This document shows positions 1-11,860 of a stretch of DNA of 64,000 nt, one piece after another. The stretch is from contig JBNJNM010000007.1 in the NCBI GenBank assembly GCA_052426225.1, forward strand, positions 806,001-870,000. Direction: 5' to 3'. The notes under the pieces are model-generated. The model did not search any database, was not told the DNA's origin, and saw nothing but the letters and a program-made list of their open reading frames with translations. Position 1 is the first letter of the stretch; the number at the start of each line of letters is the position of its first letter. The translations under genes and the position numbers were made by a program. The stretch is from Zancudomyces culisetae HAW-14-8. Its lineage: Eukaryota; Fungi; Kickxellomycota.

Positions 1-2
1 TG

Positions 3-1379
3 CCCTATGGTTTAAAAAAAGTAAAATGCATAGAAGCTGGTATTAACCGCAGTTCTTTGAAAGGGTCCAGAGACAAACGTGAGGTTTATGGGAAGCACAT
101 GAATCAAACTATATGCAGAGTTAATTCGGAGCAAGGAAGACGTATTTTGATCGGTGGAGGGTTTTCATCGGAATATGTAAAGCATCCAGATACAATATTC
201 AATAAAAATCGGGCTTTTCTAAGAAACCAACACAAACACACAATATTGACCAGAGGAATGAATCTCAGCGATATCCTATACAGCAGATACTTGTTATATT
301 TTCTGTCATATGTTGATTTGAGCGAATCGATGGAAGCAATCCAACCAACCCTGGAACGTGTAATCAGGAAAGAGATTATATCCTCTGGAAGCGTGTATAA
401 TGGAAATGAGGTTGTGGCTAACAACTTGTATGAAACAGTAAAAAATATGGTTAGATTTGCCGTAGTATTTAGATTTTTTGGCCCATACGCAATAAGAGAC
501 AAGGAATTGGTTGAAAGCTTGAAAAAAGCGACGATGCCGGTCAATCTTGGAGACGTCAATGATCAAAAATTTTCTTCAGCACTGTTTACTGCGGGATATT
601 TGGGCAATAACTATTTTTATGAGTATTTTGAACTTGAGTCGAGCCGCAGAAAATACCTTCCCGAATATAGTAAACCAACTGATATAATACAATTTTTTAC
701 AGACAATTTTAGCATTTTCCAAGCGGAGCTAACGAGCGTTGCGTATTGCATACAGAAAGCTATAGCCATTGGTGTGGAAGTGACATCAAGACGAATGTTT
801 AATTTATTTGTAGAGCTTAGTCTGAGGCCTGACGTCTACAAAGAGTTGCTGCAAGAGCAACAAGATCTAATTGAAAAAAATGGTGGTAACAACCATATTC
901 CATTTGAAATGTTGGACGAAATGGTGTACTTGGATGCGTTCATTAAAGAAACGATCAGACTTTCGGGGTCGGATTTATTCATGCCCCGTTGCACGACCCA
1001 GGAAGTAGTGATGTCTAATGGGGTGACCATTTCTAAACATCAATATGTGAGTTTTAACATTCAGGCGCATAATAGGGATCCCGAAATATTTGGACCAAAT
1101 GCGAATGAATTCGACTACAAGCGACACATTCGTCTTGGGCTGAAACTAACAGATGCTTCGTTGGCTAATTTAATGTGGGGTGCTGGCAATCGGGTCTGTT
1201 TAGCAAGAATATATGCAGCTGCGCTTATGAAGCTGATGTTGGCAATGATCATTAGAAAATACGAGGTGCATGCCAATTATGCTGTTAAAAAAGACAGACA
1301 TGGACAATCCGCATTCTCTCACTATACATCCCTTAGCGACTTTTGCATAAACAAAGGATTATACTTTAAGATTCGTTGA
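3..1379 (+). CDS. Cytochrome P450 (5'-truncated by window edge), atypical motifs
   Basis: Frame is open from position 3 (PYGLKKVKCIEAG...), so the start lies upstream. K-helix ExxR (KETIR), meander HNRDPEIFGPNANEF, heme-ligand region WGAGNRVCLAR, I-helix AIAIGVEVTS. Confidence 0.92.
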   Translation, partial: PYGLKKVKCIEAGINRSSLKGSRDKREVYGKHMNQTICRVNSEQGRRILIGGGFSSEYVKHPDTIFNKNRAFLRNQHKHTILTRGMNLSDILYSRYLLYFLSYVDLSESMEAIQPTLERVIRKEIISSGSVYNGNEVVANNLYETVKNMVRFAVVFRFFGPYAIRDKELVESLKKATMPVNLGDVNDQKFSSALFTAGYLGNNYFYEYFELESSRRKYLPEYSKPTDIIQFFTDNFSIFQAELTSVAYCIQKAIAIGVEVTSRRMFNLFVELSLRPDVYKELLQEQQDLIEKNGGNNHIPFEMLDEMVYLDAFIKETIRLSGSDLFMPRCTTQEVVMSNGVTISKHQYVSFNIQAHNRDPEIFGPNANEFDYKRHIRLGLKLTDASLANLMWGAGNRVCLARIYAAALMKLMLAMIIRKYEVHANYAVKKDRHGQSAFSHYTSLSDFCINKGLYFKIR

Positions 1380-2159
1380 TTATGTAGTGTGTTACATTTT
1401 TTTGTTGCTTTGGTCAATAGTTAATTAAATAAAGTAAAGATAATAATGTTTTTAAACGTTCCAAAAAATAAAAGCAATACATAAAAGAGAAAAGTTGAAA
1501 CAGAACATTAGCATTATACCCTTGATTAGGTTTTGATAATACACGGTATTACTATAGTTGAATTTGACAAAAAATACTCTTGATGTGCTTGAGGGTTTAC
1601 TTTAGCTAAATACGAATGTATATAGTCGAGTGAAATGAAAGCTTATTACTATTATGCGAACATCCAAATATTAATATTCATAAATACTCATTATAGCCAA
1701 ATCAAATTATTATCAGTATCGCAGAAATCAAAAATCAATATATATACGGCTTTAGTTTATTTTATTTGTTAGGCTAATTTTTTATAAAACTGTATTTTTT
1801 TGTCTGTCATTTCATACGTCATATGAATAAAGATTCTAAAGTTTAATTCGTTTTTTATCGATTTTTTGTTTAATCTATTTAAACGAGTATCTAGATAAAA
1901 ATATTCTATATATAATAAGGATGGTACACGATAATTGTACTGGTTGTTCGAATAATAATAAGTTATCATTTCATTCAACTAAACATATTATTATACACCT
2001 TCAGTTCGACGATTCAGAATAAATCGACTTTCCCATATTTGTGTGATTGATACCCGAACCTTAATAGCAAATGCAATTAAGCCTTTGCCAAAAACACATC
2101 TCTTTTATTTGTGAATCCGGGATCGAATTCTTTGTTTTATTACATTTACTTATTATTAA

Positions 2160-3925
2160 GCTAAAAATACAATCATAAACAATTCTAAAACATATTTCAA
2201 TCGATACATCAAAAAATACAATACAATAAACTAATTCTATATTCACTTATGTACAATTCTATAAACTATCTCTTTCACTAATTCTACTAGCAGCATTTGA
2301 TGTTTGATTGTAATTTTCATTATTTGGATTATTTTCTGGTTCGCTATTACTTTCATCGCTACTAGTAATATTTCCCAACTCATTGTTATCTTCACTGTTA
2401 CCTGTGTTAATTCCCAACTCGTTGTCGTTTTCTATATCTTTTTTTTTACCTGTTATCCTCAATATAAGTATCTTTAGATTTTGCAGTTCTCTATCATCTT
2501 GTAAAGTTCTTTTGATAATCGGATCGCCAAAAAATAAATAAGTAACACCCAACTCTCCTAATATCCCCAAAATTGACTCAAGTCTGTAAACTAGAGGTGG
2601 AATGGCATTACCACTTGCCTCTACTATTAGATTAATTAATATCAAAACTAAAACAACCAACGGAAGAATTGGGAACCATAAAAGTCTCAAAAATGTTCGT
2701 CGTAGTAGAGTGTTGTTATATTTTGTGTTGATAGATTGGATACGATCGCGAAAGTTTGCGTGAGCGCCAAACTCATTGTGGGATGGTTCACGAGTTTCTG
2801 CTATCCAGTGAAAAAGCATTATCAAAAGCACTGCCGTTAAAATAGTGACTACACCGCATATCACATAGAATGCTATCATATCACTATCGTATTTTGCACC
2901 ACCTAAAAGCAAATAACCACATCTACTTAATTCGGTTTGGTCCTCCTTGTCTCCCAGAAAAAACTGCAAAAGTGATAGTACGGATATAACCGCTGCAAAA
3001 ACATAGTACCATACCTCATACCGCCCTACATTTTTTCTGTGATACCTGAATATAACAACCAAATGCAGAGCAAGTCCAAAACCTACCATAATGTGAAACA
3101 TTATAAAATATCGAAGAAGTAGAGTTACAGATCTGCAGAAATTTGAGTACCCGTTTTCACTTAAGAGTATAATGTGTGAAGTAAGCCAAACAAGTCCAGA
3201 AGCCTGTATAATTACTACTTGTCTAATAATCACCCTGCTGACTGTTTTTCTGTCAAGTAGTAGAAGAAAAAAATACCAAAAAACAGTGAAAGATGCTATG
3301 GTCATGACAACTGCGGCAATGACATATTCAATTATTTTTAATGGATAGTATCTATTTTCTTCCATTTTTTGTTTTCCCTTTATTTCATTATCGTGACAGA
3401 TGTATCCGAAATCTCGTAAAGTATAATATTTAATACCACTAGCCCCTTCGCTCTATGTTATCATTACGTTTATAGTTGATGGATGGTTGACATTTATTTA
3501 TTCATCGTACTTTTAATGATTGATTTACACTCTACGATATTTGTTTTTAAGTATTATCTTGTTAGTTTGTTTAGATCTTTTGAAAACGAGGAAGTAGATT
3601 TATATTTTCAACTAGCAAAATATTTGAAATAGGATGGCATTCATATATATACAATTAGCCGCATTCAAAATCAGTGTAGAAATTGTATTCATTCTGTATT
3701 TAAAAAATATATGCCTAAATGTTGTAGAATATGTTTCGAGTAATCTCTTGATTGTCTTACTTTTGAGCAATTTAATTGAATGTTCGCTTTTCCGAAAAAC
3801 CAATACAAATCATATCATCAGTGTTAAAGAAATCTTAGCTTTTCAGCTAAACCATTTTCCCCGCACTTCAAAAGTTTTTGTAATACAATTTGCTCAGAAA
3901 TGTACTGGTACCACTTTAATGGTTA
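2160..3925. repeat. Copy 1 of ~1.75 kb direct segmental duplication (GPCR gene plus ~560 bp upstream)
   Basis: Aligns by eye with ~10090-11860, e.g. TTTCATTATCGTGACAGATGTATCCGAAATCTCGTAAAGTATAATATTTAATACC and GAAATAGGATGGCATTCATATATATACAATTAGCCGCATTCAAAATCAGTGTAGAAA are shared. Boundaries approximate. Confidence 0.9.
2259..3365 (-). CDS. 7-transmembrane GPCR-like receptor (cAMP-receptor/Git3-like), paralog A
   Basis: 368 aa with seven hydrophobic segments; Cys at top of TM3 (NFCRS) and in ECL2 (RCGY); TM6 RLLWFP and TM7 FFGDP motifs; acidic/Asn-rich C-tail; A-rich ATG context. Confidence 0.82.
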   Translation of the reverse strand: MEENRYYPLKIIEYVIAAVVMTIASFTVFWYFFLLLLDRKTVSRVIIRQVVIIQASGLVWLTSHIILLSENGYSNFCRSVTLLLRYFIMFHIMVGFGLALHLVVIFRYHRKNVGRYEVWYYVFAAVISVLSLLQFFLGDKEDQTELSRCGYLLLGGAKYDSDMIAFYVICGVVTILTAVLLIMLFHWIAETREPSHNEFGAHANFRDRIQSINTKYNNTLLRRTFLRLLWFPILPLVVLVLILINLIVEASGNAIPPLVYRLESILGILGELGVTYLFFGDPIIKRTLQDDRELQNLKILILRITGKKKDIENDNELGINTGNSEDNNELGNITSSDESNSEPENNPNNENYNQTSNAASRISERDSL

Positions 3926-6333
3926 TAATCTTGGTCTTACCTAGTTTATTATTGAGCTCAAGTGTATTTCTTTTTTGAGGGAATGAGTTATCTTTGCAGG
4001 AAATATCCACTTATTTCGGATATACGAAAATATGTTCGACACGCTTGTGATAAGATAAAGAGCTTTTATTTTTTTAAAAGTTATAAGTATTCAGCTATTT
4101 CGTTTTATTCGACACATATCCTAAATCATTAACTAATTAGAGCAGACTACATACTAAACAAATTTGACCTTGACTAACTATTTACGTCCCGTAAAAAATC
4201 AAAGGCTGTATTATTTACGTAGCCTAGCTAAAAGTTTAGTTCTGCATACTTAGTTTATACAAAAGAGTATTTCTTTTACAGTATAATTCAGCTCTTTAAT
4301 CAATCATATACAATACCAATATGTATCAATAAAATAAACTTAATGTCATTTTTAAACGAAGGTTTAAAATAGTTGAAATTTTCAGTTCTAAAAACATCTT
4401 TCAGTTAATGATTATTGTGAATGCTCTTATATATTTTGTCCAAGCTCCTCATTTGAATTGACATCTAAAATCACATTTTTTATTTTTCAGACTACCCTTC
4501 CAATGCTTCTAAGCAAATGGATTTACCTAGCATTCATGTTTTATGCATTGCCACAGATTTTATAATGACATCAGTATGCCAGTATTTTACACAAACGAGC
4601 GCATATTGTCCTACTACTCATCAAAAAACGAATATTGTTTGAACGTGGTATTCGGACATGCTAATACTTAGATTTAAAGATAAAGTATGATAAAAATGAT
4701 ATTTACTGACTACAGGTTTACAAAGTAAACCCAGCATTAAAATTATGTACTCTACTTGATTGCTACACCTCACTATAATATTAAAGTAGTGGTAATTCTC
4801 GATGAAATCCAAGTTTCAAGTTATAATGGATAGCGCTATAGGACTATCTAAAGAAACAAGGTAATATCCACTTGAGTCCATCTGTTTCTGTGATATCACC
4901 TTTTTTTTATACCAAAAAATAGAAAACACAAATTATTTATCGCACTATTAAATTGATAATGTTAGATTCTAAAACGCGGTGTTAGGTTCGAATAACGTGG
5001 GAATCAGTCTCTAACATGAAGTTCATGAAAAAAAAAAATCTATACTGAGGCTACTGTTGAAAAACAGTGTGAGATTTTGGGTGCATACCCAATAGCATAT
5101 AACAGGAATATATAAAACAATATTTTGGAAATGGTGAGCTTGCCTCATGACGAAGTGATTATTTGATATTAAACAAATGATTTAGATTTCAAAAAATTAT
5201 CGATGGTGAAGGGATGGAAACGGTTGAATCTGTAGATAAACATTATGCAGATATCGCCAATGTTTTTTATCTGCTATTAATGCTTATTCTTCCATATTGG
5301 TTATAGAACAATTCTAGATGTGAGTTTTATCAAACACTAAAGAAATTAACATCAAAAAAGATAATAAAAGTGCTTACCTAAGGATAAAAAAGGTGTAAGC
5401 AAGAAACTGGTAGATAGTTTCACCTTGAACCTAAAAAGTATGGATGGCAGATACTTTAGATGTGTAACTATTGCATCTGTTTTTTATTATTTATTATTTA
5501 GTTGTATCCAGTGTCCAAGCTATGGTCAGTGCTTCATTTTGATTATTACTCATCCTTGGGTGACTGCTTAGTTTTCACAGTGGGTTTTGGTTTTGAACTA
5601 TGACTTTGAATTTAAGTGTTTTGAGATGAAGTGATGGAGGTAATAGACGAACATTCTGGATATGTTAACTGGTTGGAATTTTATAAAATTTGCGATTTTC
5701 GGTTTAGTCTTATATCTATTGGTATGAACGGTTAATAGTAATATTGAATTGGTAATATTAAAACAATATGTTTATTTAAAAAGAACTTCACAAATCACAG
5801 TCAATGTACAATGTATTTCAATTTGGCCATTGGGCCAATGTTCTTAGTTTAGGAAATACTGAATGTTGATGTATTCGGGCCCTTACCACGTTAAAGTAAA
5901 AAAACCGGGTATTTATTCATCAATTTCTTGGAGTTCTTAAATGTTTAGGAGCGATGTCTGCAGTGACTATATTTAAAACAAACCATCAAAATAAATGATT
6001 AATAGGTTGTTATGTTTAGTGGTTTCGGGAACTTGGGTTTAGCTAAAACTAGAGTGTCATTATTATTTTAGGTAATCTATAGCATAGTTTTACAATACAC
6101 GCGAAGGATATATTCCACTGTACTCATGTTCGGCAAAACCCGAATAATAGAAACTCAAGTTTATCAAGTGCAAATATAAATAGATACCTGATATTTTAAA
6201 ACAGAGTTCAGTGTAAACAAAAAACCGTTGGATTAATTGTCTTGTTGTTTAGTATTTATTTATAGATAATTGTTATCATTTACTGGTGCAAAACACCAAC
6301 CGTTTTCAACTAATAATAGTTCTTAGTAAGAGA

Positions 6334-8891
6334 ATGAACCAAAGAAATAGGTAATTTCAAATCAAAAATCAGCTACCAAAATGCGTGAAAGCATGGGCGT
6401 AGTAATAACAAAAAAAGCTTAGTATATAAACACATAGTTGGTTATGAGAATCAGTTTCTATTGTCCCGTTTTAACTAATATATTAATGTTTTTATTTTTC
6501 GCTAGGTTTTATAATGTCCAAGCAAAATCTGAAAGCGAAAATTCCGCGAGTAGTGGCAGTAAGCGAAAAAGTTCAAGACCAGACACCGAAAACGCCTACA
6601 AAAAGCACATAATACGGTTCAGGCTTAATGGAAAAAAAAAGATCAAGAAGAGATCCATAAATTGGATTCTGTATAAAAAACTTTTGGGTATACAAAATAA
6701 GATCGATATATTGCACAAACAAGCCGAAAAAACGAAAACCTCCTCAAAAAGAATCGTCAATGACAATGTAAAAAATGAGACAAATAACCTAATGACAAAA
6801 GTTTGTACCATTAATGTAAATATCCAAAACATAGCCGGTAGGAATTCGGAGGATATAGTATTATCAAAACTCCTACGTGATGTGATAGATGAGCTTATGG
6901 ATAAGTTTATATACCGCTATCCTCTACTTGCAAATGTTGTAAGGATTCCTCAGTTTATACAGAATGTAAAGAGTTTTCAAGTGCCGAAATACGTGGTTTG
7001 TATTCTTTTGTTAATGGGATCAAATGTATTAAAAGATGAAAAGTTTTTGAAAGTATTTACCGAAAAGAGGCGTAAAAGGGCATTAAATTATGTCACTGAA
7101 CATATGAGAACAGTTATCAGCAATCCAGGTTGTTTGAGTGTATGGACAATGCTAATGTTATCTATATATTACATTACACTTGGAGTTCCGACACAATGCA
7201 CAAAATACATACACCTATCAACTAGGCTGGCCATGTCAATGAGACTACATAAAATTGATGAATATTGTATTAGAACTCCCACTAATCTTAGCAAGGATTT
7301 GATAGTAGAAAGTGAGCTTAAAAGGCGTCTTTAGTGGTGTTCATATATACTCTCTGTATTAACATCTGAAGCAACAGCGGTTCAGCCGGCCTTACAGCTG
7401 AAGGACATACTTGTAAACTTACCCAGCAATGATCGTTTATGGCACACAAACTCAGAATTCACGATATCAACAACCAACTCGGCAAAAAGAGGTGACATGA
7501 TTCTAAGCAGCCAAGGGGAGTTCAAATTTGATACATTTGCTTCATATGTGATACTGTTCAAAATAAGACATACAAATGTAACTTTTATAAACCGGAGAGA
7601 AAGTATAATAGCAAAGGACATGGGTAAAGATTATCGACGCTATTTGAGAATGTTCACAAACTCTATGAAGTTTCAGGAGAGTGTTGTAGCGAAATTTCAC
7701 AATGAATTGAAAAAAATGTTAGTATTTGGAGTACGCAATCCAGATATAGTGAATGTGATGAATATTGAATACTTTATATTACGCTACTGTACGCTGATTC
7801 TGAACTCTTGTATGGCAAATTTATATATCGGCACATCGGAGATATCTTACTATGAAAATGTGGATATCCCCCCGAAAAGGGTAAAACTGGCAAAAGTAAT
7901 ACTAATTGAGAACACTATTCGCTTTACAGAAATATTCTACTGGCTAATTTCAAACTTTTCTCTCGAGAAGTTTGATGTAGAACTGAATCACATGGCTTTT
8001 CGCGTCTTCAAGTATCTCACTAATATAGAGTGTATCAAAGATCTGAATAGACACAATGCAATCATAAATGGAAAAAAAGTGATATCCGAATATTTTGAAA
8101 GACTTGAATCAACATCATCATTAACAAAGATGTACTATTATTTGCTTATTAACTTTTCCAACCTTAAAAAAAGTTATGACAGGGCCAACGCCAAATTTAG
8201 AAACATACCACCAACTTTTGCACTGAAAATGCTTTCTCCATATGACTACAGTCCGTGGTTGGTTCCAACAGGGAGCAGTCATCTCAAAAGAGTATGTTGT
8301 AATAATCCATCTAACCCAAAGATCCATTACCCGTTTCTGTTAAGTAGAATTGCATCAAAAAGGAATCTAGGTAGAAATAAAGAGTTTCTATCTCCATTAG
8401 TTAATGAAGCCAGTAGAAAGCGATTTATAATGGATATCGATTTGAAATCAATAATCAAAGAATTAAAAAATCACAATTTGCCGTTTGAAGGTTTGAGTGG
8501 TATAGACAAACAATCATTTGAAAAACACAATACTCACACCATCAGTGATTTTACCCTGGATGGTGATCCTAAAGACTTTTATGTAAAATTTGTCAACTTT
8601 GAACGTCCTCAGAATACCGCGTTGCTTAATCAATGTAAAGAATTGATCGAGCGTGTATTTTACCCCATTTTGGATGCAAGTACCAAATACATGGATAAAA
8701 ATATGTCTCCAATATTTGACCAAAATCTCACCATTTCCAGCTGTAAGGAAGCTTTTTCGAGCTTTAATTTTACTGAGCTGTTGTATAACCCCATTGAAAA
8801 AGCGCAGAGTCGTGATACAACTCGTGGATGTGAGCTCATCAACAAAAGTAACACACACGCCAGCTTTAGCTCAGTTGTTAATTCTATGTGA
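6334..8891 (+). pseudogene. Fungal-specific transcription factor (middle homology region) gene with one in-frame TAG at 7332-7334; pseudogene, sequencing error or recoded gene
   Basis: Predicted exon 1 6334-6350 (MNQRN), intron 6351-6505 (GTAATT...ACTAAT...TAG), exon 2 6506-8891. ORFs 6438-7334 and 7497-8891 are in the same frame and read ...LSTRLAMSMRLHKID...ESELKRRL*WCSYIL...VNLPSNDRLW..., the Fungal_trans signature (A..LA..L.LH..D; E.RRR.WW; V.LP..D..W). About 800 aa if the TAG is read through. No Zn2Cys6 cluster seen. Confidence 0.8.
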
Positions 8892-10089
8892 ATACTTCAA
8901 TTCATCACTATGTAGTATAAGTTGGTATGAATACTAGGATCTTATTTGTTAAATTCCTCGATGTGTTCTGGTATTCATTTACTATAGTACTGTATTTTTA
9001 TTTGTTAAATAGGTATATCTAATACATTTAACGTTATTGGTGTTACTCATTTAGTTTTCTGATGTAATTTTGCTATCCAAGCATCAACCATATTGATTCA
9101 GCTACAATATCAAATTTACATTAGAAAAAATGTAAAGTGTAATAAAAATAGTATGCAAATTTAATAATGGAATCTTGGTTTTTGGCTAACTGTACCGCAT
9201 TGGTATTACTGCTTTCATTTATCCAAAAAGCAATGATCAAGCCAACTAGACTCCTATTGGCATTTTTTTCTCTCAGCTTTGTAAATACGCATGTTCTTTC
9301 AATCTTATAAGATGGGATCAGTTCCAGCTAATAAATATTCCAGATGACCCGCCATCTTTTCTGCTTTGCGCTTTGAAATAAACATTTATATTTGGGGATC
9401 TCTGTCAACAAAAATCTGTTGGTATATAATGATTAAACCATCTCACAAATCGCGAAATAGTTTATAAGTGCAGATGTTTCCGTTTTAAAAGATCATAATA
9501 AGCATCATGAAAATAAGAACAAAGATGAATTTTTTTAAACACGCTTTAGAAAATTCTACCATTAGTTTTTTATACAAATATCATGCAAATACTTTTTTTG
9601 GATAAATAACACATAGAATCATATATAATGAAGATAGAATAATATTATTGAATTATTCGCGGTAAATAAACTGTAAAAAACAAAACCATTTTCGCGTCCT
9701 CCTTGAATTATATAAGGTAAAAAAAGATAAAATACAATTATAATTATTGATATACAAGTCGTACGCATAAGCACTATTACAAGACATAAGCGAGAAATTA
9801 TGTAGTATACCTCAACGTGATATCAATGTGTACATATTTCACCAATACTCTTTGCTAAATATTTGATTGGTCTTACAGCGGTACCTATCTGAAATTTATT
9901 CAAATATCTTTTTATAGCCAGGACAGCCTAAGCGATCTAATATTATCTTTCTAAATAAAAACCTTAATGATATCTTGTGGCAATCTTGACATTGAACCAT
10001 TGTAATACACACTAAAATGATATTTTTGCTCCTTAATTAGGTTTTTTATTTTACTCTATTTGATACCTTTTTTTTTTGTTAATTTTGCT

Positions 10090-11860
10090 AAATGAAACAT
10101 AAAGTAAAACTCAAGTCTAAAACGAATTTCAACGGGTACAGCTAAAAAAATATAATACAAGTTAACTATATTCACTTTTATACAACTATAAACTTTCTAT
10201 TTCACTAATCCTACTAGCAGCATTTGATGTTTGATTGTAACTTTCATTATTTGGATTATTTTCTGGTTCGCTATTACTTTCATCGCTACTAGTAATATTT
10301 CCCAACTCATTATTATCTTCACTGTTACCTGTGTTAATTCCCAGCTCATCATCGTTTTCCATTTCTTTTTGTTTACCTGTTATCCTCAATATAAGTATCT
10401 TTAGATTTTGCAGTTCTCTATCATCTTGTAAAGTTCTTTTGATAATCGGATCGCCAAAAAACAAAAAAGTAGCACCCAACTCTCCTATAGCTATAAGAAA
10501 TGCTTCAACCCTGTATACTGTTAATGGGAGTACGCTGTCACTTGCTTCCACTATTACGTTAACCAATATCGAAATTGTAAAAAACATAGGAAGGATCGGG
10601 AACCATAATAGCCTCAAAAATGTTCGTCGTAGTAGAGTATTGTTATATTTTCTATTTATGTTTGAAATACGGTTGCGAAAGTTAACGTGGCCATCGACTT
10701 TCTCATGAGATGGTTCGCGAGATTCTGCTATTCCACGAAAAAGCATTACTATAAGCACAGCAGTTACAACAGTACCTATAACGCATAGCACATAGTATGG
10801 AATTATTACTGTTTGAAAACCTTTACCGCCTAAAAAAATATAACCACATCTTTTTAATTCGGTTTGAATTTCCTCATTTCCCAGAAAAAACTGTATAAGT
10901 GATAGTCCGGATATCACAGCTGAAATAACGTAGTACCATATCTCGTACCGCTCAATGTTTTTTCTGTGAAAGCGGAATATAAGAACAAAATGAAATGTAA
11001 GCCCGACGCCCACATACAACTGAAGCATTAAAAAAAACTGAAGAATAATAGTTGTAGATCTGCAGAAATTTGAATACCCGGTGTTAATTAAAAGCAAAAG
11101 ATGTGCGATTAGCCAAGTGACATCAGCAGCTTGTATGACTACTATCATCCTAATAATCACTCTGTTAACCGTTTTTCTGTCGACTATTAGAAGAAAAAAA
11201 TACCAAAAAACAGTGAATAAGCCTATGACTATAACAATTGAGACAATTACTATTTGAATTATTTCTACTTCAGAGTTTTCTTCAACGTCCATTTTTTTTA
11301 TTTTCCCTTTATTTCATTATCGTGACAGATGTATCCGAAATCTCGTAAAGTATAATATTTAATACCGCTAGCTCTCTCGCTCTATGTTTAATTAGGATAT
11401 AGTTGGTGAATGACTGAATTCTACTCATTCATTGTAGTTTTAATTGACTGACTGATTTACACTCTGTAATATTTTTTAAAATATTATCTTGTTAGTTTGT
11501 TTATACCTTTTGAAAACGAGAAAGTAGGTTTATATTTTCAACTAGCAAAATGTTTGAAATAGGATGGCATTCATATATATACAATTAGCCGCATTCAAAA
11601 TCAGTGTAGAAACTGTATTCATTCTGTATTTAAAAAATATATGCCTAAATGTTGTAGAATGTGTTTTGAGCAGACTTTTTTAACTGTTTTACTTCTGAGC
11701 AATTTAATTGAATTTTCACTTTTCCGAAAAGTGTGTACGAATCATATCATCAATGTTAAATAAATGACAGCTTTTCAACTAAACCACATTCCCCGCACTT
11801 CAAAAGTTTTCATAATGCTATTTGCTCAGAAATTTACTGGTACTAATTTTAATGGTTACA
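10090..11860. repeat. Copy 2 of GPCR segmental duplication
   Basis: Same orientation as 2160-3925; near-identical upstream non-coding DNA and C-terminal coding part. Confidence 0.9.
10186..11292 (-). CDS. 7-transmembrane GPCR-like receptor, paralog B
   Basis: 368 aa, gap-free alignment to paralog A, same Cys pair and RLLWFP/FFGDP motifs. Confidence 0.82.
   Translation of the reverse strand: MDVEENSEVEIIQIVIVSIVIVIGLFTVFWYFFLLIVDRKTVNRVIIRMIVVIQAADVTWLIAHLLLLINTGYSNFCRSTTIILQFFLMLQLYVGVGLTFHFVLIFRFHRKNIERYEIWYYVISAVISGLSLIQFFLGNEEIQTELKRCGYIFLGGKGFQTVIIPYYVLCVIGTVVTAVLIVMLFRGIAESREPSHEKVDGHVNFRNRISNINRKYNNTLLRRTFLRLLWFPILPMFFTISILVNVIVEASDSVLPLTVYRVEAFLIAIGELGATFLFFGDPIIKRTLQDDRELQNLKILILRITGKQKEMENDDELGINTGNSEDNNELGNITSSDESNSEPENNPNNESYNQTSNAASRISEIESL

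Noticed and set aside
3612-3978. ORFs 3634-3978 (+) and 3612-3803 (-)
   Set aside because: They lie in the duplicated GPCR upstream region, and the second copy has indels that break the frame.
4960-5010. GGTTCGAAT resembling a tRNA T-loop/B-box
   Set aside because: Flanks cannot form a T-stem or cloverleaf.
5090-5740. Possible decayed coding remnant (fragments such as VLNYDFEF loosely recall a P450 C-terminus)
   Set aside because: Many stops, no ExxR or heme-Cys motif recoverable by eye; needs tblastn.
9200-9430. Minus-strand fragment QIFVDRDPQ recalling integrase or BTB motifs
   Set aside because: Too short and surrounded by stops; unsupported.
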